DNA of 64,000 nucleotides from Eledone cirrhosa (taxonomy: Eukaryota). The translations under genes and the position numbers were made by a program. Positions 50,111 through 64,000 of the stretch are shown here, piece by piece. The first letter of the stretch is position 1, and each line of letters begins with the position of its first letter. The notes beneath the pieces are model-generated. The model did not search any database. It had not been told where the DNA came from and saw nothing but the letters and a program-made list of their open reading frames with translations. Where the stretch lies: positions 275,528,001 through 275,592,000 of the forward strand of contig OZ024740.1 of NCBI GenBank assembly GCA_964016885.1, in the 5' to 3' direction.

Positions 50111-50330
50111 CACCATGAACATACACACACATATATATAGCTTACAAAGTAAATTCTGTTTTAGTTCTAGGTGATTTTCTTCACAATTAGATGGAAGCAA
50201 GTTTGCTTAACTTTGAAATAGGATTAAATCTGTAAACTAATTCCTAGATAACATAATTTAAGTTTACATCTTGAGTACTTTATTCTATACAGGGAAACCT
50301 TGTTCATATGAATGCACCCACAAGAACATG

Positions 50331-50757
<427 letters not shown>

Positions 50758-50766
50758 ATATATATG

Positions 50767-50908
<142 letters not shown>

Positions 50909-51262
50909 TATATGTATATACACACACACATATATGGTTGTATATATGTGTGTGTGTGTTAATATATGTATGTATATATGTAACAAAACTGGGTCAGTAT
51001 CTTAATTGCTTCTTATTGGTTGAATAAGTTCTTATAGCAGGGATTTCCTGCTGAAAAGTAACTTCTAAAGAAGCCATATGTGAAAGAAAATGTTAGACGA
51101 TAACATCCAAAAGACATAACGTTGTTTGATGAATGAAATTTGAACTAATAATTGCAGCTACCTTTGGGATCACCATTTCCTTGATTGATCTCCTATGTTG
51201 TTTATATGAAGTAACTTGAGATGAAAACTTACTCACTTTCTGCCTCTGGTTCCCTTCCCCAT

Positions 51263-51331
<69 letters not shown>

Positions 51332-51747
51332 TTCTCGCTCATCCTTGCCAAAAGAAGAAAAAAACCACCCACTCCCCAGATCATCTGGGTCAGTTTTTTC
51401 AGTTGAGCTAATATTCATATTGGGTTGTTTTTTTGTGTGTATATGTTTGTATGTCAAAATATTCTTTGGTATATTATATCTTTTTTTTTTCTTGAAACAT
51501 ATCTCAGTTTCTTTGTACATCTTATTTTATCTGTGATTATGCAGTTACCTGTATAAAGTAAATAAGTGCTAAACTTCCGGGAAGTTGAGTCTGCAATGCA
51601 GATTTGATTCTTAGTTATGGTGTTTCATTTCATTTTACTGAATTGCTTCTTCTAGCTGTGATTTCTGGCCATATTCTGAAGCTTTCATAGCTTTAGAAAT
51701 GGATGAAACCTGCCAAGTAGACTAGATCCTGGCATGGAATATTAGAT

Positions 51748-51915
51748 TATGAGGGTTGACTGAAAAGTTGATAGGCTGACCAAGATACTCTCATGGAATA
51801 ACCAAATGAGGTTTATTTTTCTACATAGTCCCTGGAAGGAAACTATGCAGTTATTAATAAGAAGAGTTGAAATTAATGCATGCAAAATTTCTCAGCTCTA
51901 ACATCACTCCTTCAG
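51748..51915 (+). mobile_element. Mariner-type MITE (family E), right TIR missing
   Basis: tatgagggttgactgaaaagttgataggctgaccaagatactctcatgg. Confidence 0.85.
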
Positions 51916-51954
51916 CCCACATTCATATAGTTATTACTATCGTATATATAGTTC

Positions 51955-52440
51955 CAGGTAAACTTAGTGTAAAAGCGAAACTCACTATCTTAAATTTGGT
52001 ATTTGCGCCAGTCCTTCCCTGTGGTCATGGATCTTGAGTAATGACCAAAAGAATATGATTGCGAATTTAAGTGGCTGAAATGGGGTTCCTCTGAAGGATC
52101 TTTTGAGTAAAATTACTCGATAGACTGTATAGCTCAGAGACCAGAGAGTCACTCTACATAAAACTGCTACTCCCAACTGTGATATCACTGCTCCAATATT
52201 ACATCCATGTGGTTAGAATGCCTCAGGAAAGAATCACTGGATAATTTTGCAGGCAAAAACCAACCGGCAGAAGAAGCCAGAGGTAGACTGTGAAAAAGAT
52301 GATTGGATAACATCCATGAACTTAGCTGGTGTCACTTGGGAATCCAGCTGAATCAATTGGAGATGGTTACTTCTGACAGGACCTGCCAGAAGAAGTGTTT
52401 GAGGACTCTACCCCCATGATCCTCCTAGGAATAAGTAGTC
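51955..52440 (+). pseudogene. Decayed Rex3/Expander-like RTE LINE 3' fragment
   Basis: KLSVKAKLTI..VFAPVLPCGHGS*VMT...AEMGFL*RI...HVVRMPQER...LDNIHELSW..LGI...LPP; several stops. Confidence 0.75.
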
Positions 52441-53389
52441 AAAAAAGAAGAAAAAGTTAAACCCTGATTGAGCTTGCCTATATCTAAAGACATACCAAAT
52501 GCAGTCATCTGACCTTTTTCGAGCTACTTAATAGTAAATTATGCAATGTGTTCTTTTCTTTGTTAAAAGACAATAGGGTTTAATTTCAAGGAGATTTGAC
52601 AGCCATTTCTAGTAGGTTCAGCAACTGCATAGACTTTTCTTCATTTGGCTTCTTAAAGATACTTCTTTGACTATGTGAACCTAAGCCCTTGGTCTCTAAT
52701 TGGTGAAAGATATGAACATTGGCACAAAAGCAAAAAAATAAAAAAAAGACAGAAAGAGTTTTTAATTAACAAAGTCCCTTGAGATATTTGTTCTGCATCA
52801 AGTAAAAGACATTCCTTTGCATTCAGAAAGGCAGCGAACCAGTCATTGGACTGTTAAATACAACAGACAACCAACAATGCTATTGTTTACCAATTGTGAT
52901 ATAAATAAAACATAAAAATATGTAAACAAAAACTAAAAAAAATAAATGTATGGTCGAGTAGTAGATATAATAAATAGCCATAATAGTGTCTGGGGCAATA
53001 TAAATCACAAATAAAGAAAATGGAAATATTACATTAATGTTTAATGGATTATTGGGCCATACACTGAAAGAGTAGTTTTCAGTAATACCCATGTGTATCC
53101 CGACATCTGCAAGACTCACTAACCTCAGTTATTGTGAAAAATTGTTCCTTGGAGTTCACTCTTGTGTAATCTGTATTTATTGACTCTTCTCATTGTATAA
53201 TCTATATTTACTGCCAATTATATTGCAAATTGGCAGAGTTGCTAAAGCATTGAATTAAACATGTTTGTATTTTCTTCCAGCTGTCTGCACTTAGAGTTCA
53301 AATCTTGCTGATGTCAACATTGCCATTATATAATACTTTCATCTTTTCCTCCCCCTCCCCCCTCCTCCTCCTCCTTACCCCCCTCTCCC

Positions 53390-54146
53390 TTATCATCATC
53401 ATCATCATCATCATCATTGTCATCCACCTCCTCCTCCTCCTTTATCATCATCATCATCATCATTTTCATCATCATACTCATCATCATCATTGTCATCCCC
53501 TCCTCCTCCCCCTCCCACTCCTCCTCATCGTCATCATCATCATCATCATCGTCATCTTCATCGTCACCATCATCGTCGTCACCCACCTCCTCCTCCTCCT
53601 TTATCATCATCATCATCATTTTCATCATCATACTCATCATCATCATTGTCATCCTCCTCCTCCTCCTCCTCCTCATCGTCATCATCATCATCATCGTCAT
53701 CTTCATCGTCACCATCATCGTCGTCACCCACCACCTCCTCCTCCTCCTTTATCATCATCATCATCATTTTCATCATCATACTCATCATCATCATTGTCAT
53801 CCTCCTCCTCCTCCTCCTCCTCATCGTCATCATCATCATCATCGTCATCTTCATCGTCACCATCATCGTCGTCACCCACCTCCTCCTCCTCCTTTATCAT
53901 CATCATCATCATTTTCATCATCATACTCATCATCATCATTGTCATCCTCCTCCTCCCCCTCCCCCTCATCGTCATCATCATCATCATCGTCATCTTCATC
54001 GTCACCATCATCGTCGCCATCCACCTCCTCCTCCTCCTCCTCCTCCTCCTCCTCATCGTCATCATCATTATCATCATTATCATCATCATCATAATCATTC
54101 TCACCATCATCGTCATCATTCTCATCATCATCATCATCGTCACCAT
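53390..54146. repeat. Higher-order repeat of about 145-155 bp built from (CAT)n/(CCT)n, about 4 units
   Basis: Landmarks cattttcatcatcatactcatc and catcttcatcgtcaccatcatcgtcg recur four times. Confidence 0.92.
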
Positions 54147-54495
54147 CGTTTAACATCTATTTCCGATGCTAGCATGGGTTAGACAAGTTGACCCATTGTA
54201 AGACAAGTCAGATCAGGTGACCGTGTCTTGCTCATACAGAAATGTTTCTGGTTTGATTTCTATGGTTGGATGCCTTTCCTAACACCAACCATATTTACAG
54301 TGTAAACTAGGTGCTTTCTATTATGGCACCAAAACGACCAAGTGACAGGTTGGACTGGGTACGTTTTCATTGTGTCACCGGAACGAGTACCTGACAGGGT
54401 GGGCTGGGTGTTTTTTGTCATGTCACCAACATGACCACCTTACAGGTTGGATTGTGTGCTTTTTGTTGTGTCACCAACGCAACCACATTACCAGT
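54147..54495 (-). mobile_element. RTE-tailed element (family C) with about 48-bp subrepeats
   Basis: cgtttaacatctatttccgatgctagcatggg; acaggttggactgggt...tgtcacc repeated about four times. Confidence 0.8.
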
Positions 54496-55109
54496 CTATG
54501 GACAATGAATTAGTGGAATAGTTACAGCATCAGATAAGACATTTTGTGATATTTGTTCTGGCTATTTGCATTATGAGTTCAAATTAATACTTGGCTAGCA
54601 TAGACGTATGGCTTAGGGGTTAGAGAATTGGATTCACAATCATGAGGTAGTGATTTTGATTCCTGGACCGGGCGATGCATTATGTCCTTATATCATTCAG
54701 CAAGACACATTATTTCACATTCCTCTTTTTGCTAGGAGTTATGACTAGTAAACAGTATTAACAATTCCAAGAGTTCGACCCTACTCAGTAAGCAAATGAG
54801 GCCTGGGATCTTGTCAATGAATTCGATTGGTCAAGCATGGACAAATTGACCTAAAACAAGTATAGTTGCTTAGGTTTCATTCTACAGTAGATCAAAATAT
54901 CTCTGAATCAAAAAAGATTAGAATTGTTGCTATCTTATTAGATTCTAAGGTTAGTTTTGCTAATTTGATTTATGAAGTATAGTAGGAATCAAGCACTGGA
55001 GTTGATACAGTTGAATATTCCACTCCCTCAAAAATATCTCACCTTGTGTGTATGTTAAACAGAAGATGAAGCTTTTAGCTGATGTCTGCAAGCCCATTAC
55101 TAGACTAAT

Positions 55110-55590
55110 CAGAGTTTAAATCCTGCCAAAGTTAGCTTTGCCTTTCATCCTTACAGAGTCAATAAAATAAAGTACCAGTAATGTACTGGGGTCGATTTAG
55201 TCAACTTTTCCCTCACCCAAAATTGTTGTGATTAAATCAAAAACCAATATTATATTTTATTGGCAGACTCATTAGAGCATTGAAAAATTATCTTATTGAA
55301 TTTCTTCTAAAATCAAAGGAAGCTCAAATTTGCCTTTCATCCTTCATGGGTTGATAAAATAAAAGTACCAGTCATGTACTGGGGTCAATTTATTTGACTG
55401 TCCCATCCCAAATTGTTGGCCTTGCATCTAAATTAGAATCCATTATTATTACGGCCCTTGCCATTCTGAGTTCAAATCCCGTCGAGGTTAACTTTGCCTT
55501 TCATCCTGACGGGGGTCGATAAAATAAAGTACCAGTAATACACTGGGTTAATTGCTGGCCTTGTGCCTATTGTAGAAACAATTATTATTA
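55110..55590 (+). mobile_element. Three tandem SINE A or A-variant 3' fragments
   Basis: gcctttcatcc...taaaataaagtaccag near 55140, 55332 and 55496. Confidence 0.85.
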
Positions 55591-56174
55591 TAATCATCTG
55601 TTTTCAATAGTTTCATGTATGCTTCTACTATATAACCATGATTCCTAATGTGTGCTATATTGTCTTTTGGGAATGTAGGATGGTGTTTGTTAACCCAGTA
55701 CTGGACATGTACTTATATTATGGTCCCCCAGGGCAATGTTATTCAAAATCAACATTGCTGGGATTTATATTTTGAGATTGGAGAGTGAAAATTGAATACC
55801 ATTTGGCATTTAGTCATCTTATATTTCTTATTAAGTCTACCACACCACTGACATACTGATAACAATAATACTTTCTAAAATAAACACAAGGTTTGAAATT
55901 AAGGAGTTGGGATAAGTTAATTGTATAAACCCTAGCATTTTAGTGCTAATTTATTTCAATTTCACCAAAAAGATGAGACGAAAGATTTGAACTCAGAATG
56001 TAAAGAGAGGAAATAAAAACTGCAAGGTATTTTGTCTGCTACTCTTATGATTCTGCCAATCTGAGATTTCTAAAGGATTTCTAACTTTGGCCCCAAATAA
56101 AAACTTTGAGGAGAGGTATTTAGTTGATGTCAGCAAGCCCTGTACTAGACTGGTATTTTATTTTATTGACCTTA

Positions 56175-56380
56175 TACGAGGGCTGGTTGAAAAGTTCATA
56201 GGCTGACTGACCAAGATACTCTCATGGAATAATCAAATGAGGTTTATTTTTTAACATAGTCCCTGGAAAGAAACAATGCAGTTATTAATAAGAAGGGTTG
56301 AAATTAATGCTTAAAATATTTCACAGCTCTAGCATCACTGCTTCATAGTCAGCCTATGATTATTTCAGCAGACAATTGTA
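56175..56380 (+). mobile_element. Mariner-type MITE (family E) inserted in a decayed SINE
   Basis: TA-cgagggctggttgaaaagttcataggctgac ... gtcagcctatga; SINE sequence resumes after 56380. Confidence 0.85.
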
Positions 56381-56540
56381 AAGATAAAAGGCAAAGTTAA
56401 GTCTGCTGAGATGTGAACTCAAAACCTAAATAGCTGCAATGACAACCACAGACCCTTTTATTTAATATTTCTCATAGAATACTGCCTCAATGAATTGTCA
56501 TCCAATCCATGCCAGCATGGAAAAGTGAACATAAAAATAA

Positions 56541-56650
56541 TAATTGTTTCTACTTTAGGCACAAGGCCAGCAATTACTCAGTACATTACTGGTACTTTAT
56601 TTTATCGACCCCGTAAGGATGAAAGGCAAAGTTAACCTCGGCGGGATTGA
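56541..56650 (-). mobile_element. SINE family A, 5'-truncated
   Basis: Consensus tail to ggcgggatt. Confidence 0.9.
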
Positions 56651-58329
56651 GGATGATTTTTCTAGCATTGACACAAAACCAGAACTTTATATGAAAGGAA
56701 TAGTCAAATATTTCAACCCTGGTATTTTATTTTATCAACCCTGGAAGCATGAAAGGCAAAGCTGCCCTCAGCAGCATTTGAACTTGAAACAAAATGATCC
56801 ACAAGTAAATATTGCTAGGCTATGTCCAATTCTCTAATGGTTCTGCCATCATAATATGGAGTTACAGAATGGGGAAAAGAATAACAAGTTGAAGCTAAGC
56901 AGCAAAGATTCTTTCACTAGTGACGAATGGAATTTTCAACTTTTTACCTTCCAACATTCCAAGAAAGCTGAAAAAATATGTCGCAAGAGAGAAAGCTAGA
57001 TAATGAAATTGTAAATTATTTCATGAACTTGCCTTATGTTTTATAGCCTTGTTTCTACATCTTTGCTGGTTATTTTCTCTATCTCTGTGGGTTGTTCAAC
57101 ACAAGTGTGTCTTTTTGTTGTTTGTTTATTCTATCTGCGTGATTGCATGCACACACTTCTCTTTGTATATGTGTTCACATGTTTACATAAGCGCAAAGCA
57201 CACACGCCAATGTAATTTTAGAGGTTTGCATTGACACTCATTTCCACTTTGTTTCAGTACTCAAAAAGAATTACTTATCTTCAATATTCTAGTTATTAAC
57301 CCTGCACTCTCAGAAAGTTCAAAGTTGCATATTAGATGATACAAAATCTTTGTAAACAGCTGAGTACTCTTCATTTCTTCATATCATTTTATGTTTTATT
57401 TGCAAATAAAAATGATGTTTTTTTCCTTTTCATTTTGTATATGATCTGCTTACATCACCCTTCTTCTACTTCCAGCTTACTAACATGTAATTGATAATTT
57501 TTTTTTTAGATTTGAATAAACCCTTTAATTGTTAGTTATCAGTGATTGTAAGTAAATATTACAAGCTGCTTTGTTTATCAATCTACTACATCTGATAAAA
57601 AAAATTTTTTTTCTAAATAGTTGATGAATATCTGGTGAGTGGTTTACTTAATCAATTCCAATATTTGTTAATTAATTTTTATAAGCTCTGAGGCTCATTA
57701 GAGCAGTGCTTCACCTGGATTCATTATTGTTAAGTTACTGAAGTTAAAAGACTCATGCCAATGCAGACAGGCCACCAGTTTATCACAAGCTTAACTCCAA
57801 ACACTGCTGGTACACAGTTCCATCTGAGTGTACAGAAGCAATGTGAACTGAAGTGTTTTGCTCAAGAATACAAAACACCATCCAAACTAGAAGACTAACC
57901 CATGATATTAGGATTGTAAATTTTAAACATGAAGCCATGTGCCTTCACACATTCAGGACAACTGGAGCATGATGCCGGGACTCTTTTAAGTCGGCCTGTG
58001 AAAGGGTCTTTCAAGACTGAGGACAGCATCTGAGAAAAGTCCTATTAACATCGCTTGGCTCCCATATCAAGATTACAGTTTAAATGTAAGTTTAACCTCA
58101 TATTTTGGGAGGTTCATGCTGCCAATAAAAGCATACGCACCTGTTGGTTTTCACTTCAATTTATTATAAATTTCCAGTTGGTTGGTTGGTTCGATAACCA
58201 GAAGGATGTTTATATATTGTCAAAGCTCTTTTACCACACATTCTATGACCTCATCCGTGATTAGGTTTTGTTTTGTGTGGATCCTTTGTTCTGTCCTTCA
58301 CCATCTTGTTTTACTGTGTTGTGTCACAC

Positions 58330-58519
58330 ATATCTGGCCAGAATTATCTCACCTCTTTTTGTTTAAACTAGCCATAACCAGCCACTCATACCTATGTTAA
58401 GATATTGTTATCAAAATTAATAATATCAAAATCTTATAGCTTTGATATTATGTGAGGTAAAGCCATTACTGTGAAAATATAATAGTAAATATAGAGTAAT
58501 GTAAAGGCTAAAGGGTTAA
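58330..58519 (-). mobile_element. piggyBac-like MITE (family D), one end missing
   Basis: Ends gctaaagggTTAA; internal match. Confidence 0.8.
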
Positions 58520-58831
58520 TGGAACAGACAGATATAGCTCACATACCTTTAATGCAATTGATGGTAGATGATGGGTCTAACAGTTTTCTACATCCAATCG
58601 TTCTCGTCCAATTATCATTGAACCAAGGTAACTTGCTGTTAGTATCCTGAAGAAACTAAAATCTGTTAGACAACCATTCTCAACTCTGATGACGGTACAG
58701 CCTCTATTTATTTAATCAAACATTCAAGGATGATAATCAAACTTGATCCTAGCTAAATTTGTACTCCCTCAGTTCATCAAAGCTTTCCCTTTATCTCACA
58801 TTTTACATTGCACATCCAATGAAGATTATTA

Positions 58832-59018
58832 GTGGATTGGCAGTATCGGTAGAGGATCGGACGCCATGCTTTCCAGCATAGTTACGTCCCTTTACGATCT
58901 GAGTTCAAATCCCGCCGAGGTTGACTTTGCCTTTCATCTTTACGGGGTCGATAAAATAAAGTACCAGTAATGCACTGGGTAATTGCTGGCCTTGTGCCTA
59001 AAGTAGAAACAATTATTA
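58832..59018 (+). mobile_element. SINE family A
   Basis: Near-consensus. Confidence 0.92.
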
Positions 59019-59279
59019 TTCATTATCCACAATCAGTGTCTTAAAATAAAATCTCATTCTAAATGAGATAAAAGTGATATCTCAGAAAACATTTTACTTC
59101 AACATTAATTATGATATCAGTATAGTTAACTGATGAATGAGTGCTGACAATGTATTAAAATAAAACAGGTTTTGGTTTGAATGTACTGAATGTAAAATAC
59201 TTGATAATAAATATTATATTTTATATATGTGTGCATGTGTGTATCATGTATGTTTGTTTGTATATATATATATATATAT

Positions 59280-59400
59280 ATAGGAAAAAGTATGACTCCG
59301 ACAGCAGAGCTCAAGCCGTTTCGACGGCTATTTCTGGAAGGTCCAGAAATAGCCGTCGAAATGGCTTGAGCTCTGCCGTCGGAGTCATACTTTTTCCTAT
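59280..59400. repeat. Near-perfect hairpin, 59-bp arms, 3-nt loop
   Basis: ataggaaaaagtatgactccgacagcagagctcaagccgtttcgacggctatttctgga-agg-tccagaaatagccgtcgaaatggcttgagctctgccgtcggagtcatactttttcctat; two non-Watson-Crick positions. Confidence 0.96.
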
Positions 59401-59474
59401 TTCCCACTCTACTACCCTAAGTATTGAGTACTCTGGAGCGTATGGTCCATCTGGTTCCTTACCACATTTACTTT

Positions 59475-59520
<46 letters not shown>

Positions 59521-60801
59521 TATAGTGTAGGTGTGTGTTTGTTTATACATATATCATTTCATTTTTTTAAGAGATTGAGAGTGCAGAGAGAGTGTGTGTC
59601 AGACAGTAAAGTGCATGCATGAGAGAAAAAAAGGACAGCACAACATAGAAATGTGCATATAAGCAGATGGAATGATTAAGGTAATTATATAGATGGTTAG
59701 ATGTATATATATATATGTACCTATGTGATATATATAATTATACGAAGAGAAAACAACAACAAAAAGCAACAATAACAGATGGATGAATAGGTAGGTTAAA
59801 TACACACGCATACAGACAGACAGATGGGCAAACAAATATATATCTAGAGAAAGAGATATATAGATTGAGGGAGAAGGGAGAGAAAGCAAGTGGGTCAGTA
59901 AAATTAAATAGAAAGATAAATATATAGATTGATATAGATATACCATAGACAAATAGTTAGATATTAGAGAATTAAGGCATATGTATGTTTGTCTGTATGT
60001 ATGTGAGTGTGAGAATGTTATTTTACACCTGCAATACATCTCTCCATATGTACATGTTTATGAATGTATGTGTGACTTTATATATTATATACATGCATAT
60101 ATTTATATAGATATGTATATGGTTATATGAATGCATACCTGTATTTATTACCTGTATGTATTTATGAATGCATGTGTATCAGTGTATGTATTGATATTTG
60201 TGTATCTAATTAGTGTTTGTATGATAATGTAATGTATGTGTATTTATGTATTTATGTAAGTATATATGCTTTTCCAAGTACATACGTATGCAGAATATGT
60301 CACCTAGACAAGCAAATTAGAGCTATAAATATTAATTATTAAATGTTTCTAATTCATTATAAAAATGTTTATTTGAAGCATTAATTTTACTGTATAATTT
60401 AGTAAATGGAAAAGGGAATTTGCAACTCACAACTATACATGTGTATCTGACCTAGGAGGAGATTATATCTTCTGTGAGGTTTATTTGGTCTTTTAAAGAT
60501 GAAGGTCTCAGTCCTCTCATATAAAGCAACAGGAAATTAAGCATCTTATTTAAGAAAAATTATGTGCCACCCAGTACAGGAATCAAACCTATGACCTTAT
60601 GATCATAAGTTCAACAACTTAACCCCTTGGCTGCAAACATTTATACTTCAAGAAATGGCTGCTAATTTAATCTTAGAGAGGCAAAATTCCTCATGTCATT
60701 CATTATCAGTTTTTATATTTTTAAACATACATGCCATAAATTTTAGCTCTATATAATACATCGAATATGATATAAAAACTGGCAAATTTATTCTGCCCCT
60801 T

Positions 60802-61408
60802 TAATAATAATAATAATAATAATAATGAAATTATTGTGTAAAGTGCTCAAGTGCACTACAACTCGTCAAAGGTGCATGTATAGTACATAGAATAATACAC
60901 AAATGTCAGGGAAGTGAATAGTGTACAAGTCATGATATACATGTGTGTATGTGTATGGAGGGGGAACATTAGGTGTAGTGTTGGCGAATCTCGGGAAGCA
61001 TAGAGGCCTTAAAGGATGCAGTGTCTCGACAGCTAACAACCGATGCAGGTAGTTTGTTCCATGCTTCAGCAACTCTGAGCGTGAAAAAATGTTTCCGAAA
61101 GTCATGGGAACTGTACTGTTTTCTGACTTTGTGGGCATGCCCACGTGTGTTAGACACATGGACATCAAAAAGGTACTCAGGGTTGTTGTTGGCAAGATGG
61201 TTAACAATTTTGTGGACGTTTACCAAGTCAGTTGCCAGGCGTCGGAGCTTCAATGTATCCATGCCCAGGGAAGCAAGGCGCTCAGAGTATGGTAGATGCC
61301 TGATGGAGGGTATTCGCTTGGTTGCACGTCTCTGAACAGTTTCCAGGTGGTCAATGTTCTGAGCAAGATAGGGGTTCCAGACTGGTGATGCAAATTCTAA
61401 GTGTGCCC
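60802..61408 (-). pseudogene. 5'-truncated CR1-group LINE (ORF2 C-terminus, 3' UTR, (TTA)n tail)
   Basis: HLEFASPVWNPY...LETVQRRATKRIP...YSERLASLG...RRLATDL...TRGH...FFTLRVAEAWNKLP; (taa)n at 60802-60826. Confidence 0.92.
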
Positions 61409-61484
61409 TATGTCATTACAGACTGAGAAGAATTAATTTTTATGTCATGTGACAGTATAATGTAGTAATAAGGAATATATATAT

Positions 61485-61652
61485 AGAGAGTCGGATGCCA
61501 TGCTTTCCAGCATAGTTACGTCCCTTTACGGTCTGAGTTCAAATCCCGCCGAGGTTAACTTTGCCTTTCATCATTATGGGGTCGATAAAATAAAGTACCA
61601 GTAATACACTGGGGTAATTGCTGGCCTTGTGCCAAAAGTAGAAACAATTATT
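61485..61652 (+). mobile_element. SINE family A, slightly 5'-truncated
   Basis: Consensus match. Confidence 0.9.
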
Positions 61653-62309
61653 ATCATTATTATCAACATCATTATTGTCATTATCATCACCATGTTTACT
61701 ATCATCATTGCCAGCATCATCAACATCAGTACCACAAAGGTAACACCACCATCATCATCATCATCTCCTTCATCATCATCATCATCATATTATTCAACCC
61801 CACTGCCGCCATCACCCCCACCATCCTCATGTTCCCCAAACTACCAGTATTGTACCTGACATGTCAGTCTAATCTATTCTCCCTCTTCCTTCCTCTCCTT
61901 CCACAAAAAGAAGTGGACATCATACAGTGTATTTCTGCTGAAAAACATCAAATGTTAGGGAGAAACTAAGAAAACTACACACACCCTAACCAACACACCA
62001 CCTCCCCTACTCCACTGATGCATTTCATTCGTTTTTTTCTTTTCTGTCATTTTGTCTTTTTCGCTTTTGTAATACTTCTCTATCTCTTATTTTTGAAGCT
62101 GGCATGCCAAGCCAGGATATTTTATTCTTTTAATTTTAATCATTCAGTCATATATATATACATATGTAGATACATACATATGAACAAATGCATGTTTATA
62201 TGATAATCATATATTTTAGAACACAAATATATACATATATGTATTCATACATATACATATGTATACATACATATACATCTGTATACATATATATATATAT
62301 ATATACTTG

Positions 62310-63368
62310 TACCTACAAACTCCAGGTTTAGGCATAACTATTAGCTGTATCATGCCTACTAGCACGTAAATAAACCCCTCATGTGTGATTTAATAGTATT
62401 CGTTTGGTATAGACGATGGCCTGTCAAAATTGTGAAGTTCCCGCTAACGATCCCGGAGCCTAAGGTAGCTACGTTCCTAGAGTACTCGGAAAAATTAATT
62501 TCCATTTCTTTCGCTGGACGATACCACTCGAGACTGGCTGACTCATGGTGGTGGGTGTGCTGGCTGGGACTCCCAATCGAAATCTTTACTCTATATCCCA
62601 TCCTAATATCTTATCGAGATAAAGTTTTTCATATAAGACTCTCTCCGTAAGTTCATTAAATAAATAAATCTCGCTACCTTAATCTTTAATTCTCTAATAA
62701 CTTATTTTTCAATTTATCATTTTGCAATTTAATATTTTTAATTTAATTTAATCTCATCCTATAACTCGCAACATAAGTTTAACGTTCCAATCTTCGGTTC
62801 ACACATTAGACCATACAGACACCCATTATAGATTCTTTGGGGTAGCATTTTTTCATGGCATTTTCTAGCATGAATGTAGTATGACCCTTACACTGACTTC
62901 TTTCTCCCTTTCTTTCTTTCTTCCCCTTCTTATTTGACGGAGTGGTGGTAGTGCCTTATAGGCCTTCGCCCACTCACCAGATATTCATTAGTAGCTTCAG
63001 TTGCCAACACTTTGAGGGCGACTGGCCGAGAAGCTAGTTGGTCAGTCGTCCTCTCTGTCTCTGACTTTTCGGACCCATGGTTTTTTACATATTCCTTTGT
63101 TATATTCGAATACCTGATGATATCACCGGATTCGTATGGAACCCGCTCATTGAAATGATCATAGTATAATAAACCTTTCAAGGATTTACACCAGTCCAGC
63201 CTCCTGTTATTTTATTTCATTTATAATTAACTCTGTATTCGCACCACCAACTACACAAACCAAGATGGGTGAACTACACTGCGTTGAGTACTCTTCACAA
63301 TATTACACCAGGATTGACCATACGGAATGACCAGTTCTATCCAGTGGCGAACCAACAAACCTAAAGAA
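62310..63368. mobile_element. Unclassified CpG-richer, (TA)n-flanked segment, possibly a decayed Penelope-like element
   Basis: CpG retained relative to flanks; TA tracts at both ends; degenerate hammerhead-like motif at 63110-63167; no convincing protein motif. Confidence 0.3.
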
Positions 63369-63484
63369 ATATATATATATATATGCATACACACACACAA
63401 GATAATATAGAAAGATGTGAGAAGAAGAAATAAAGTAAATAAGTTTTTGAGAAAAAACATGTGGATTCAGTCAGCCATTATATA

Positions 63485-63675
63485 TGGTGGATTGGCATTA
63501 TCGGTAGAGGGTCAGATGCCATGCTTTGCAGCAAAGAGTTACAGCCCTTTATGGTCTGAGTTCAAATCCCGCTGAGGTTAACTTTGCCTTTCATCCTTAC
63601 GGGGTCGATAAAATAGAGTACCATTAATACAGTGGGATAATTGCTGACCTTGTGCTAAGAATAGAAATAATTGTT
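63485..63675 (+). mobile_element. SINE family A
   Basis: Full-length, moderately diverged. Confidence 0.9.
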
Positions 63676-63712
63676 TATATATATATATATATATATATGT
63701 TTATATATATAC

Positions 63713-64000
63713 ATCATCATCATCATCATCAACGTTTAACGTCCGTGTTCCACGCTTGCATGGGTTTGGACGGGGGTAGTCCCACTTGAGGCAAGAGTGA
63801 TTGTCTTGCTCGCATAGGACTGTCTGGCAGGTTTTCTACAGTTGGATGCCCTTCCTAACACCAACCACATTTACAGTGTGGGGCTGGGAGGTTTTTACCG
63901 TGTTGCCTACACGGCCACATTACAGCGTGGACTGTGTGTTTTTTTTGTCGTGACACCTACACGATCTCATTTGTTTCGGCCTGGATGGCGCGGCACCAAC
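63713..64000 (-). mobile_element. Young RTE-tailed element (family C), runs off the window
   Basis: Reverse complement of 46337-46623. Confidence 0.92.

Noticed and set aside
53305-54182. Long His/Ser/Pro/Ile-rich or Asp/Glu-rich ORFs
   Set aside because: Trinucleotide repeat array open in most frames on both strands; contiguous with a retroelement tail

Overview
AT-rich, repeat-saturated eukaryotic DNA with no recognisable host protein-coding sequence, probably a large intron or intergenic tract. The mix of (AT)n/(CA)n/(CAT)n microsatellites, tRNA-headed SINEs, RTE-clade LINEs and MITEs resembles an octopus (coleoid cephalopod) genome; this is inferred from recalled repeat content, not from a search. 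Nearly all supplied ORFs are translated microsatellites or AT-rich noise. The only real protein-like sequence is retrotransposon-derived: two RTE/BovB-like 3' fragments with an inserted Cys/His finger, one Rex3/Expander-like RTE relic and two CR1/L2/Jockey-group relics. Interspersed repeats read by eye include about 20 copies of SINE family A, about 10 of SINE family B, and mariner-, piggyBac-, hAT-, Tigger- and possibly Ginger-type MITEs plus a probable non-autonomous Helitron. The best candidates for something undescribed are: (i) short (TA)n-anchored elements carrying minimal type-I hammerhead ribozyme motifs, one with a 316-bp unit and 44-bp terminal redundancy (retrozyme-like or Penelope pLTR-like); (ii) several snap-back palindromes and local templated inverted insertions; (iii) nested transposon stacks. 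All coordinates and pairings were read by eye and should be checked computationally.
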